A stretch of 64,000 nt of DNA from Podospora anserina (Eukaryota). Location of the stretch: contig CM030334.1 in assembly GCA_017654855.1 (NCBI GenBank), forward strand, positions 3,286,001 to 3,350,000, written 5' to 3'. This document shows positions 1 through 13,312 of this stretch, one piece after another (position 1 is the first letter of the stretch; every line of letters starts with the position of its first letter). A program made the translations under genes and the position numbers. The notes under the pieces are model-generated. The model ran no database searches. It saw nothing but the letters and a program-made list of their open reading frames with translations, and was not told the DNA's origin.

Positions 1-290
1 TCAACCACCACCATCACCAGCATTCCCGTCCCCCGGGCAGTTCGGCGATTCAGCTCCTTTGCGGGTAGGTAGCTTTGAGGCCGACGACAAAGTACCAGTA
101 CATTGGTATGTACAGCTACTTTCGAGTTGTTTTGACACAAAGCACAACTCCGCAGGTTCCATTCAACACGAGACCCTGGAACAACCAACAACCCAAGGAA
201 AGCTTGCGGTTCCACCTGGATGCGAGGAGGGGGGGGGGGGGGAAACATTCATCCAAGCCAAATCCTAACCGCCAAAATTGGCAACAGCTC

Positions 291-338
291 GTCTGTCTGT
301 CTGTTTGTTTGTTTGTTTGTTTGTTTGTCTGTCTGTCT
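291..338. repeat. Compound tetranucleotide microsatellite (GTCT)n(GTTT)n(GTCT)n
   Basis: Directly visible: gtctgtctgtctgtttgtttgttt...gtctgtctgtct. Confidence 0.9.
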
Positions 339-1163
339 GGCCGTCCAAGCCGGCATTTCAACATTTGTCAGTGGACAGTAGTTCCAGCCCGGAAATCTAT
401 CCAACCATAGGAGGTGAGCTCTCAAACGACCCCCGCCATTGTAACACCACCACCACTTATCGACATCAGAATCGTGGGGTATCAACTTGGCGATGTGTTC
501 GCAATGATTGAACAGAATGGGGAAAGTTGAAGTCCAGAATTCCAAATTCTACACAGAATAAGGGAGACAGAGACCCCCACGATCTTGATATCCTTGATCG
601 AGGGCGCCATCCCAAAGCCAAGAAGGCCGCTCACCCGCATCGTCAAAAGCCAATTCCAAATACTACATCACTAGCCTCAACCTTTCTCGAGCAAGCATCT
701 TCACTGCGTTTCCAGAACCTTGGCGTACATGAGATACAACTTCACTCACCACCATAGCAACAAAATGTAAAACATGTCGACACACATTCCTCTTTCGTTA
801 TAATCCCCTAGTTCGCCATGTGGAGGATGTACCTCCTGAATGTTGGACCCCGACGCAATGCAAGCTGCAGGAACAGCCCGAGAACATAGTCAAGATAAGG
901 AGCATGTGAAGCTCACCCTGGTCCCATGTGGGCAGGCAGTGACTATCATGACACCGGAGCTGCATACCACGAGGCAAGGCACTGCGGGATGACGGGCATC
1001 ATGTCCAACACAGCAGGTCCCCATCTGATCACCATGCATGTCGGGGGACAGAGGTACTGTGCATGTCCCTCTTCCAAATAGTCACAAGAAGCAGGGACGG
1101 AATTGACTCCCAGCTTGCTTGGGAACTGCCATCTCGAGTATCCTGGCGCAACCGTTCACCGAG

Positions 1164-1209
1164 GGATGGTATTCACTCACGGATGGTATTCACTCACGGA
1201 TGGTATTCA
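1164..1209. repeat. 17-bp tandem repeat GGATGGTATTCACTCAC, about 2.7 copies
   Basis: Directly visible tandem copies. Confidence 0.85.
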
Positions 1210-1625
1210 TGAAGATACACTTTCGGACGAAAATCATGGACCATCACAAGCACAAAATCTCTCACGGTAAACCAAGTACAGCAACAAATCACTTCCATAT
1301 CTTCATTAAAGTGCTTAGCTATGTAACTAAAAAAATCACAACAAGAGGTGTTCAAATCCCATCCCTTGATTTCCCATCCATGACCGTCCCCACCACCCAT
1401 CCGTACACAACCCCCCCAATGTCTAGCATCTTTTCCACATGTTGCATGGATAGCAAACAAAAGACGAAAAGACATCAGACAATACAGAGTTCAAAAAAAA
1501 TAAAAAAAATAAAAATCATGACCAAATAATTCCATTCGTTGACGTAAAAAAACGTGTAGTTTCCTCTAAACCCATGTCCGTTTGCGCGCCAACTTTTGAT
1601 TTGTCTAACAATGCCCAAAAACCGC

Positions 1626-3691
1626 TTACATCTGCACCTCAACACGGCCCTCGGCGCCTGGAGGACCAGACTGCTGGAGGGAAGGAAGAAGGTAGGTGAT
1701 ATCATCCCAAGGATGGCGGTAGAGGCCAGTACGCAGTCTCTTCTGATCGAGGTAGTGGGCAATAAGACCAATGCTGCGACCAAGAACAAAGAGACCGTTG
1801 AGCACACCCATGCCGAGGTAGTCCTCGGCCTCCTCGGCGGTGAAGGCACCGCAGTTTCTGACCAGGTCCACGAAGCAGACGGCAATGCAGCCGTCGACGT
1901 TGAGAATGAGGTTGTCCTTCTTGGAGGTGGTGACGGTCTCGACGGCGAGCGCATAGTCGAGAAGCTTGTGGTTGGGGAACTTGGCCTTGACGTACTCCTT
2001 GACGAGCTCCACACGCAAATCGGGGTTGTTGCGGGACTTGACACGGTGACCAATACCGGGAATGAGCTTGTTCGCCTTGCGCATGCTGTCGACGAACTCA
2101 CGGGGGCTGAGGCCCTTGTCAAAGGCCTTGGTGAACTCCTCGGCGGCACCGTCAAGGGCACCGCCGAAACGAGAACCGATGGTGAGGAGACCAGAGACGA
2201 GAGCGCTGATCAGGTCCTTACCGGCACGGGTGGTGATGATGGTGTTCATGGCACCCGACACGGCGGGGCCGTGGTCAGCGGTAAGCATGAGGACCATCTC
2301 CAAGAACTTGGAGGCGTATGGTGGGAGGCGGCGGCGGAACCACAGCAGAGACATGACACCACCGATACCGATATCTTCCCTGAACACGTCCGAGATGGGC
2401 ATACCAGCGTAGAGGAGTTCCTGGCCACGGTCATCGGAAATGGTGGAAATGAAGGCAGCGGGCTTGCGGATGAGACCAAGCTCCTGGGCCCACGAGTAAT
2501 CGATGGGGATCTTGGGCACAACGGGCTCGGGCTGGGGCTTGATGGTGCCCTCCTTGACGAGCTTCTCGTACACCTGCCCGAGGAGAGCGGGCATGTCCTC
2601 GAAGGTCTCGGGGACGTAGAAACCGGCCTCCCTCATGCTCTCGTTCTTCATCTTGGCAGTTTCGAGCTGAGAATTGGCAAAGGCACCAGCGTGGCCGAAC
2701 TGAACCTCAGTCTTGAACATGCTGGCGCAGGTACCGATAGCCCACGCGACAATGGGCTTGGTAATGATGCCCTGCTTGACGGCATCAATGACCTTGTACT
2801 CCTCGACACCACCGACCTCACCGAGGAGGACGAGGATCTTGCACCCAGGATCGGCCTGGTAACGCAAGAGGTGGTCAATGAAGGTGGTGCCGGGGTACCG
2901 ATCACCACCAATGGCCACACCCTCGTAGACACCATCCGTGTTGTTGGCAATAATGTTGTTGAGCTCGTTGGACATGCCACCGGACTTGGAAACGTAGCCG
3001 ACGGAACCCTTGCGGTAGAGCTTGGAAGCAACAATGTTGTCCATCATACCACCAGTGTTACCAATCTTGAAGCAGCCGGGCTTGATGCCACCGACGGTGG
3101 CAGGGCCGATAATGGTGACGCCCTTCTTCTTGGCAATGTGGGCGATCTCACGAGCACGCTGGAGGAAGCCAAACCGTCAGTCTCTCGACCAATCGCTGCT
3201 GAGACGAAAACACTTACACGCTCGGGGACACCCTCAGCAATGATGGCAATGGTCTTGATCTGGGGGTACTCCATCAGCTCCATGGTGGACTGGTAGACTG
3301 AGCGGGAGGAAGCAAAGTTGACAACGACATCAACATCGGGGTGCTTGGAAATGGCCTTGGGCACCTCCTGGTAGACCGGGAGAAGAGTCTCGCTGGTGCC
3401 CCAGTACATCTTGCTGACGAACTGGCCGCCGAATGTGTAGATGATGCCGGCGACGGAGGGGGTCGCCCGCTTGCAGATGAAGTCGAAATCGAGCATGCCC
3501 TGCACGGCGCGGGGCTGCATGCCGTAGACGAAGCATCTCGTCTTGTCGTTGAAGAGAGCGTGGGCGGGGAGAGGGCTCAGTGGCCTGCTGGGGGCAGCGA
3601 ATCTGCGAATGTTGTCGTTGGCAGACAGACCGCCAGTTGGGTTGGAAGCACCATTCGCACCATTGGTGCCGTTGGAGGCAGCGGGAGACAT
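1626..3691 (-). CDS. acl1: ATP-citrate lyase subunit 1 (CoA-binding / citryl-CoA lyase part); exons 3691-3218 and 3158-1626
   Basis: Motifs GMLDFDF, EGVPERRARE (rebuilt across a 59-nt GTAAGT..CAG intron), QFGHAGA (phospho-His), [22 protein letters not shown]. About 668 aa. Confidence 0.97.
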
Positions 3692-5891
3692 GGTGGGTTC
3701 TGCGTCTGTCTGGTTGTGGTGAAGATGTGGGTTCTGTTGCCTTCTTGGAACAAGAGAAAAAGAAAACAGCAAGAGAAGGGGAGGAGGGAGGAGGGTGAGG
3801 GTGGTGATGGTGGAAATGTAGAAGGGCAGAAAAGGAGAGAAAGGAGAAAGTGATTCTCTGAAAAGATGGAGAGGAGAGGTGGGTGGTGGCCGAGGTGGGT
3901 TGGATTTTGGGTGGGAGGTTTTTTGTCGGTCCTTGTGTCCCTCTCTCGTTGATGGGAACGGGCTCTCGGGGGGGGTTTACCTGCTACTCGAGAGCTGCAG
4001 GGCGTGAGGTGGGCGAGAGCTCCGCAGTTTAGTGAAGCAGTGCCCTGGCGACAGCTAGCTTGCTGGAATCCCAAGAAATGTTGCGGGCGCTAGCCGTAGC
4101 TAATTGGACCGACACCAGGTCAACCATCCAACAAACACCGCCAGTTTCCCCAACTCTTTTTCGCACACCCTGGTCGCATCATGTCCGATCGCCCAGCGGA
4201 CTTTCACCAATTCCAGCCAGACCTGCGCTTTTCTGGCCAGCGAACTTTGACAGCGGGCGGTCGAGGGTGGACCCCGCCGTCCCTTGGCAAGGTCTGGTGC
4301 GGCCCATGTACAGGTACCTGCGAGGCCCGGAGCCACCAGAGCCACAGCATGATCCGATCTTCGCTGGCACCAAGCCCCCGACACTCTTCCAAAATGTTCT
4401 TTATCATCATCAACAATCGACCGTGCTCCCATGATGAGACAGAGAGAGATCAAGATGGGAGGAACATATGAGACAGTCCTTCAAGGTCAAGGTCAACAGG
4501 CATGGCCTGCTGAACACGGTGCCGAGAACACTTGCCAGCGCGGGGTAACCTCCATAAGCTCTCCATAACCCACATTCTCGAGAGACGGGATCAACTGTGA
4601 TCTGACCTGGAGACGGTATGGAGACCGGGGCCCGATCGGCAACGGCGGGCGGGGACAGGAGAAGGTCGTAAAAGATCCAGCTAATTTTTACAGGCACCCA
4701 CGCACCCACACACAATCATACACATTGAACCAGGCCAAGGGCCGACCGAGCCGGACGTGTACACATGGCAGGCTGATGGCAGAACACCTGTTGCTGCTGT
4801 CGTGAGGAAAGGAAAGGAAAAGAAAAGAAAAGAGAGACACCCGTCAGACCGTCAGGCTCGAGACAGGACAGGACAAGATGTCAGCCCGGGAGCCCGTGAT
4901 ACAGGATGACCCCAGGAGGACGGGAGCTGCTGTTCGGGGCCGGATGATCCCCAACACCCTCCGCCTTGCGGACGCCGTGATGCAGGGAATCCACAGCCGC
5001 AGACAGAGACTCAGACCTCGGCGAGATGCGCTGAGGTGAATGGAAGATGGATGGCAGTCGGGGCATTGCCAGGGACGTATCGTATGCACCTTACTGCGCA
5101 CACCTATTGCACGAACAGCACCTCAGTTTCACGACGAGAAGTCCCACTGTCGTCGCAGTCAGGTAGCTCTGCGCCGCCTGCGTGCCTCCGCAGGATCCAG
5201 AAACTCAAAACCATCGAGACTCAGTGATTTGAGGTTGGTTCTCAAGGTGAAGAGGGCGGAAAGAAAGGAGAGAGAGAGAGAGAAAGATGGAGAAACAGGA
5301 CAGGATGGACAGAATGCAGGGTTCGGTCGGGTCCCCCCCTCGACGGGGTTAGCTAGGTAGGCTTGGGAGCTGGAGGTGTCACCGAAGTATTGGTACCTCG
5401 GGTCCCTTGACCGCCCCCAGGACAATTGCCCCGCTTGGGTTCAACCCACCAACCCCAATGGTTTGGCTTGATTTTGGCGGGCGGGACATTGGTACCTTTT
5501 TTCTGGCCCATCCCCCCCAACCCAAATCCCAAGGAAGCGACGGTCCCATTCCCTTGCGTGCCCGCCCAGAGCAACAAGTGAAAGAAGTTAGTTGCTGCTC
5601 GTTTTCCAAATCACTCTCCTTTTTTCGACATTCTCCTCCATCTCGTCCTCTCTCTCCCGGTGTCCTCATCCCTTTAACGAATTGCCCCTCGTTTGAGCAC
5701 TCGCCCAGTCCACCCACTCGGGAAGAAGCTTGGTAGCTCAATCAACTTTAGGTGAGCAACCCCTCGCATTCAATGCGTTTCCCGCCTCCATCATCATCAT
5801 CCTCCTCCTTCACTTTCACCGGGCCACAAAGCTGACCACTGCAAACTCTCAAGAAACAGAAGACGAAAGGAACAACCACACAACTCACATC

Positions 5892-7875
5892 ATGTCGGCG
5901 AAGAGCATTCTCGAGGCCGATGGCAAGGCCATCATCAACTACCACCTCACTCGCGCCCCTGTGATCAAGCCCAGCACTCTCCCTCCCCCTACCAAGCACA
6001 ACCCCCCTCCTAGACTCGCCTCTCTTCACTTTCCCGAGGACCAGGACGTCTCTACCGTTCTTGACCAGGCTGAGGTCACATACCCGTGGCTCCTCCAGTC
6101 GGATGCCAAGTTCGTTGCGAAGCCCGATCAGCTGATCAAGCGCCGTGGAAAGAGCGGTCTTCTCGCTCTCAACAAGACATGGCCCGAGGCGAAGGCGTGG
6201 ATCGCTGAGCGTGCTGGCAAGACACAGCAGGTTGAGCATGTCGAGGGTGTCCTCCGCCAATTCCTGGTCGAGCCCTTTGTGCCTCACCCCGCCAACACCG
6301 AGTACTATATCAACGTAAGTGTGGCGCGTGCTGGTTGGTGTGTTTCGTAACGGAGGAATTTGGCGCTAACGAATCCCTTAGATCAACTCAGTCCGCGATG
6401 TAAGTTGGTTGTGTGCATCTCCAATTGAATGAAGCCAGGCTTGGCAAAACCCCAATCGCCAATCGGAAATCGTTGAGGGTGGTGTTGTCAACGCAGGATG
6501 CGGATGTTGAAAAATCGCATGGCAGATGAAGAAAACAAAGCCAGAATGCAAACACCGGGATTTTCTGGGGGTTTATAATCTGCAGCGATCGTTCATGCCG
6601 GTCCTGGCGTTGCGGGCCGCCTGATACAGGCTACCGAGCCGGACGAGCGGAAGGCTAAACCAGGTTATGCTGTGGATCTGGCGCCATCAAAGTCTCACTT
6701 GCACCTGTTGCTTGTGCACGCCGCTCCAACACCGATGCAACTCCAAAAAGAACCTATAACTGACCATGATATCAGGGCGACTGGATTCTCTTCACCCACG
6801 AGGGCGGTGTTGATGTTGGTGATGTCGACGAGAAGGCCGAGAAGATCCTCATCCCCGTGGATCTCTCCGAGTTCCCCTCCAACGAGGAGATTGCCGCTAC
6901 GCTCCTGAAGAAGATCCCCAAGGGTCTTCACAATGTCCTGGTTGACTTCAGTAAGTTGACAAGCTTATTTTTTTTGGGGGGGGGGAACTTATCTGCGGTG
7001 CATCTGCTTACCAAGAAACCCTAGTTGTCCGTCTCTATGCCGTCTATGTTGACTGCCAGTTCACATACATGGAGATCAACCCCCTTGTGGTCATTCCCAA
7101 CGAGGATGCCACTTCCGCCAGCGTTCACTTCTTGGACTTGGCTGCCAAGCTCGATCAGACTGCCGACTTCGAGTGCGGTGTGAAGTGGGCCATTGCCAGA
7201 TCGCCAGCTGCTCTCGGCATCACTGCCCCATCATCAGCCAACGGTTCCGTCAACATTGACGCCGGTCCCCCAATCGAGTTCCCTGCTCCCTTCGGCCGTG
7301 AGCTCAGCAAGGAGGAGGCTTACATCGCTGAGCTTGACGCGAAGACTGGCGCTTCCCTCAAGCTTACCGTCCTCAACCCCAACGGCAGAATCTGGACTCT
7401 GGTCGCTGGTGGTGGTGCTTCCGTCGTCTACGCCGATGCCATTGCCTCTGCTGGTTTCGCCGACGAGCTTGCCAACTATGGTGAGTACTCTGGTGCTCCC
7501 ACCGAGTCCCAGACCTACCACTATGCCCGCACTGTCCTCGACCTTATGCTCCGTGCGCCATTGAGCGACAAGGGCAAGGTCCTGTTCATCGGTGGTGGTA
7601 TTGCCAACTTCACCAACGTTGCCTCCACCTTCAAGGGTGTGATCAAGGCCCTCAGAGAGTACGCCAAGGCTCTCAACGAGCACAACGTCCAGATCTGGGT
7701 CCGTCGTGCCGGCCCCAACTACCAGGAGGGTCTCAAGAACATGAAGGCCGCGACACAAGAACTCGGCCTCCAGGCCAAGATCTTCGGCCCCGAGATGCAC
7801 GTCAGCGGTATCGTGCCCCTTGCCCTCATCCCCGGCAAGTGGGAGGCTGCCGGTATCGAGGAGTTCAAGGCTTAA
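5892..7875 (+). CDS. acl2: ATP-citrate lyase subunit 2 (ATP-grasp / citrate-binding part); exons 5892-6314, 6382-6399, 6776-6950, 7025-7875
   Basis: [62 protein letters not shown]. Three GT-AG introns restore one frame. About 488 aa. Confidence 0.97.
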
Positions 7876-8974
7876 ATGTGCCAGTATGAATGTCATGATG
7901 AAAAATTCATTTTGAGGACCTAGGTAGCACCCTTCCATGTCTATCCAGTCTCTTCTCTGCCGTGTTCTTCTGTTTTCTTTTTTTGTAATTGGGGCGCATC
8001 TTTCATGCCGGGTGGGCGGGTAGGAGGGGAGAACGGATAAGAATGGAAAGGGAAACGGTTCTGTTTATTTGTCACAAACCCCTTTGTTTAGAAAGTATAA
8101 TAAAACGAGGAAGCGCTATGTAGTGTAGCTAGTTGCTGCTGTTCTTGTTTTGGGATTTTTCTGTTGTTTGGCTGGCAAGCTAGATGGAGCGGAAAAGTTG
8201 AAATACGTACGCTTCCTAGTGTTTGTTTGGATTGCTTTGCTGTGGTGTTTGATTTGGTCATTGATCCATAGTTTGCGAGGCATTGAATAGCTAGATTTGG
8301 TTCTCATATCTGAAACCAAGATTCCCTGAGGCTTGAATGTGAAAGATGTTGTCGAGTGCCAGACTGATGCCTAGGTTTTATAAATTCAAGGGACCGAGAA
8401 TGTTTGGATGGGCCCAAGGTCAGCCAAAACACACCTTTTGCACCCACGACCCCAAACCAGGGTTTCAATAAGAGAACTGTAAATAAACAAGGTTAGGTTG
8501 AAAACGTAAGATATGATTCAGGCACACCACAACAAAAGACATGGCAGTGAGCATGACAGCCAAGTAGGGGGTACGGTACACATGATATACATTCTTTCTT
8601 CCTCTTCTTTTACTATAAACCAACACAGCTCGTTACCAGAATCATCATCTTTAAAATCTCCCCAGGCAACTTTAACTTTCTTTTGTGCAACCTTCATTTC
8701 CAACCGCCGCCACCTTCCGAAATATCGACAGAATCCCCCTTCATACAACAGAAAACCAACCTCTCCACCACAACTTGCAGAAACGAAATATATACAACAA
8801 ACCACCCCCATCCAACCCCTCTATCAACCAGGCTCCACGCTTCAAAAAGAAAGCAACGGCGCAAAAAAGGGGTATCATACGGTGTGTGTTCCCATCGTTT
8901 TTTTTTTTCAACTTGTGTTTTGTGCCAGAAAGAAGAAAAGAAAAAAACACACCAAGCATTAGATACAAACAACT

Positions 8975-9017
8975 TCCTCCTCCTCCTCCTCCTCCTCCTC
9001 TAAAAAAACCAACTATA

Positions 9018-9064
<47 letters not shown>
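8975..9064. repeat. (CCT)n followed by a (CA)n microsatellite just downstream of the GH72 gene
   Basis: Directly visible. Confidence 0.9.
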
Positions 9065-9065
<1 letters not shown>

Positions 9066-9142
9066 CAGGTATCATCATAGCCGACTAAAAGTTTCCACCA
9101 AAAAAAAAAGCCAAACAAACATGATGACAGGTTAAATCCACT

Positions 9143-10743
9143 TTAGAAAGCAGCAACCAAAGCAGCAACACCCATCACGAGAGCCAAGACACCACCACCG
9201 ACCCCATGGCCAGCAGCGCTGTTCTCCTTGTCATCACCATCACCACCGTTGGTGCTGCCCTGCGAGCCGGAAGATCCAGAAGACCCAGACCCAGCGCTGA
9301 GGTTAGCAGTGTTGGAACCGGGGGCTGTTATTATCTCACATGTCAGCGAACAAAACTCAACACAAGATTTGGAGACGGGGAAAGAAAAAGGAAACCCACC
9401 ATTAACCTCATCATCCGCCAAAGGCTTAACAGCCAAATCCTTAATCACCGTCCCGTCCGCGTTCCGAACCTCATACTTGACCTTCCAGTCCTTGATCTCC
9501 ACCAGCTTCCCCGCCTTCGGCTTGTTCTCAATCCCATTGTCAATCATCTCCTTCGCCCCCGGAGGCAGCACCGGCAGCGTAAAGTTGTTCTGGAACCCAT
9601 CAACCGTGATCAGTTTGGGACTGCAGCTCACCGGCTTAGGCGTGCTGCTCTTTGGCTTCAAGCTCTGCAGCTTCTTAAAGTCAAGCTTCGCATACTGATC
9701 CCGGAGAGAGTAAAAATCGCTCATCAGGGTAGCCGGGCCCTCCTCGGTCATGTTGACAAGGCCGTAGTTGTTAGGCTCCTGGGTGTACTCGTACACGATA
9801 CCGCCGGCAAAAACGTCGTACATGTCCGGGCCGTAAATGCTGCCGATCTCGGTGAAGATGCGAGGGGAGGGGGTGTTGCACCCAAACTCGGAAAAGAAGA
9901 CGGGCACGGGGGTGTTTTCAAAGCCCTCCACCAGCTTGTCAAACGACGACTCCGTAAAGGACGAGTCGCCGCACCAAGAGTACGAGTTGAGCGCAAAGAG
10001 GTCGCCCATCGACATGTCGTCCTTGTCGCCCTGAAGCGAGCAGGTAAAGTAGCTGAACGAATCCCACAGAACCTCGCGCACATCAGCGGCAGAGTAACCC
10101 ACGGGGATCTTGCGGTCAGACCAGTTCTTGATGTAATTCTTCAAGTCGCGAGTGACCGCGCGGACGTAGGAAGGAACAAACTCGGTCGTCTCCTCCTTGT
10201 CAATGACCTCGTTTCCGGAGAAGAAAGCCAAGGTGTTGGGGTAGTCCTTGAAGGCCTCGACGACGGCGAAGGTGCGGTTGAGGTACGAGGCGTAGTACGA
10301 CTTGTAGACCTCGAACGAGGTCAGGGCCTCGCCCGGCATGGGGGAGTTGACGTCGAGGAGCATGTACATCCCCGCGGCGTTGAAGATGGAGACGCACTCG
10401 TCGTGGTTGAGGTCGGGGTTGAGGTTGTAGACCCGGATGGCGTTGACGCCGAGGATCTGGAGGAGGGCGGCGTCGCGCATGCAGACGTCCGGGTCCGAGA
10501 GGGGGTCGCGCTTCTTCTTGGGGTCATATCCCGCCGAGCCGCCGGGCTGGTAGGCCATGCCGACGATTTGGAAGCGGTTGCCGGTTTTGGGGTTGACGAA
10601 GTCCTGGCCCTTTACCTCGAGGGGCTGGAGGGCGGCGACGGCGGTGGCGCCGAGCGCCAGGAGCGCGGATTGCATCTGTTGCGAGAGGTCAGCATGGCGG
10701 CTTCGGCGAGAGACGGTAGGCAGACGGAGAGACGTACAAGCAT
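9143..10743 (-). CDS. GPI-anchored beta-1,3-glucanosyltransferase (GH72, Gas/Gel family, no CBM43); exons 10743-10738, 10675-9400, 9324-9143
   Basis: Signal peptide; AYQPGG, GVNAIRVY, FSGNEV (acid/base Glu), PVGYSAAD, YSWCG, FFSEFGCN (nucleophile); Ser/Gly linker and hydrophobic C-terminus. Introns GTACGT..CAG (62 nt) and GTGGGT..CAG (75 nt). Confidence 0.93.
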
Positions 10744-12126
10744 GGTTGCGGGTGCTTTAGCTACTATTACTGAGACAGGTTGGGTTTGAAAGGTTGGAAC
10801 TCGTAAAAGTTGGAATGTGGTGGTTAGAAAACTTGGTTGGTTGGGTTTTGTCTGCGCGCGCGTGGAGCGAGTACGAGCAAAATAAGATGCTCAAAGCAAA
10901 TAGTGGTTCAAAATGTTGTGTCAAAGGAGTGACTAGAATGACAGGAAGGCCCGTTCCTGCCAGTTGGTATGCAAGATGGTTTTGACCTGAAGAGGCTGGC
11001 TTGGTTCCCAACAACGGAAACACGAGATGGTGGCTCAGGAGGAGAAGCAGGTCGCAGAAAACAACACGGGGAAGGGGCAACATCTTGAAGGAAAGCCAGC
11101 CCCCGGTGATGCGAGCCAGGTCGGGCCTAGCGGCACAAGATGGCAGCCCCCACAGGTACCACAGCATCAGGGGGGTCGACTTTCACTTCATTGGCTGTTC
11201 ACCGCCTGTCCTGGAGCCGCTCAGGGGTTCTTGTGCTGGAGCTAGGCCTCTTTTTTGTCGAAATTGAGTTATTACGGGTTCAATTTATGCTCTACCTGGG
11301 CCGTAATGTCGATGGCTCTCCGCAATGAAAAATGACTGTGACCTGACTGTGCACCACCTGCTCGTATCGAGAGAGCAAAGTCGGTGAGCGGCACAAACCG
11401 AGAACAGATCTTCAGGGTCCCCCGTTTAACCTTTTTTTACCCCTCGTCCGAAGGAACAGATCATGAAGTCAGAATGCGGCACCTGGAGAAGTTGACGCCG
11501 GCCAAGCAATTGTGCAGATCGTTTTTCTTTTGATATCAAAACCGTTGGGATAGAAGCCGTTTCTCTCGACGCGCTGCGAATCTCCACTTGCCGAGCGTTT
11601 CACTTGGTCTTGGAGCGGCGTCTCAGAATGAAGCGGCAGCAGGGTGCTGATTGGCTTGTCGTTGGCTTCGAGAAGATCGCCTTGTGAGCTTTTGTTCATC
11701 GCCGGTCGTGATCTCAGTTGTCAATTCAAGATGAGTTGATGAGATGAGATGAAGTGAACACAGCCAGTTTGCCGTGGTTTGGCACGGGCCCGTGAGCTGA
11801 GCTCAGTCTTTGACCTCGTGGCGGATGACAAAGCAGGCCTGACAAACGGGTTTCTAGAATCGTCATCGAAGCTTTGCTAGTGATGCCTATCAATTGAGCG
11901 ATGGATCTCACTCACAGCTCACAACAATATACTTCTTACTATCCTCCGCATCACATTTGACTCAGTTGAGGTGTATCAGTGAATTTTGACTTCTACAACA
12001 TCAGCGACAACTTCGTCAGGTCTAACACTTCGGCATCTTGTTTAAGACACCAACGTTGTAACATTTTGAGCCTCATCTCACATATCACAACCTTCTTGAG
12101 CCTCACACACGTCATCAGGCTTCATC

Positions 12127-13312
12127 ATGGAAACCACCGACACACAACCACATATTGATCAACATGCCAACGAGCTCGAACCATCATCAACAGACTCCCC
12201 CGCAGTCGAAATCACCATCAAATTCCCACCAGAACAACACAACCAAACATGGACCTTTGAGTCTCAAGACACCTTCGCCCACCTCGTCCAAGCCCTCGGC
12301 CTAGAATTCCCCGAATATGACTGGTAGCTTGCCCACCCCCTTTCATCCCCCCTCACAACCCCATACTAACACCCCCTCTTAGGGCCAAAAGCAAAGCCCT
12401 CCTCGAGAAACGTCCACCCACCCTCAAAAAAGGCATGCTAACCCCCTCCACCGACCCCGACCTCCCCCTATCAACCCTCCACACAACCACCCTCCGCTTC
12501 CTCGCCCCCAAATCCATCACTCTCGATTCCCTTAAGACGGCAGCAACAGAAGCAGCAACCCTCCAAGCCCGCCGCGCCCTCGCCCGCTCCCGCCTCGCCC
12601 GCCTGCCCCCCTCCCAAAAGAAAACCGCCCTCTCTGACGCCACCTTCACATTCCACACCCTCTCCGCTCTCCCTCACCTGCCCAACTCCCAGAAATCACT
12701 CTCTTTTCTTCAACGTCTGAAAGAGGACCCCGGGATTGTCCACGTGATGAAGAAACACGAGTACTCTGTCGGTTTGTTGACAGAAATGGACCCGATAGCC
12801 AACACGTCGGCTAGCGAAGGGGGCGTGACGAGGATACTGGGGCTGAACAGGAACAAGGGGGAGGTTATTGAACTGAGGTTGAGGACGGACAGGTATGATG
12901 GGTGGAGGGATTACAGGGGGGTGAGGAAGACGCTTTGTCATGAGCTGGCGCATAATGTTTATGGGGAGCATGATGGGGATTTTTGGAGGTTGTGTAGACA
13001 GATTGAGAGGGAGGTTGAGGGGGCGGATTGGAGGAAGAGCGGGAGGACTGTGGGGGAGGGGGAGTTTGCTCCTGCGAGGGATGGGGAAGGGGAGGGGAGG
13101 GGGAGATGATGGATCATGGGGGGTGGGAGGGGGGGACGTATGTGCTTGGTGGTGGCGGTGGGTGGCCGGACGGGAGTGGGAGGGGGTTGGCTGCTAGGGA
13201 GATAAGGGCTAGGGCGGCGGAGGCGAGGTGGGCTGGGTTGGAGAGGGCTACGAGGGAGAAGGAAGGGGAGGGGGAGGGGGAGGGGAGGGGGGATGGGGGT
13301 GGGGAGAGTTGA
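12127..13312 (+). CDS. WLM (Wss1-like) zinc metalloprotease; intron 12324-12382; apparent 1-nt frameshift near 13095
   Basis: VGLLTEM, LGLNRNKG, IELRLRT, LCHELAHNVYGEHDGDF (HExxH). The expected C-terminus (DHGGWEGG..VLGG..REIRARAAEAR) lies in the -1 frame after a G-rich run; the uncorrected frame stops at 13109. Confidence 0.85.

Noticed and set aside
720..1070. Local abundance of CATG words
   Set aside because: No regular spacing or longer consensus; cannot be distinguished from chance by eye.
1596..3296. 566-aa + strand ORF opposite acl1
   Set aside because: Antisense shadow of a strongly codon-biased gene; no recognisable motifs.
9206..10789. 527-aa + strand ORF opposite the GH72 gene
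   Set aside because: Antisense shadow ORF.
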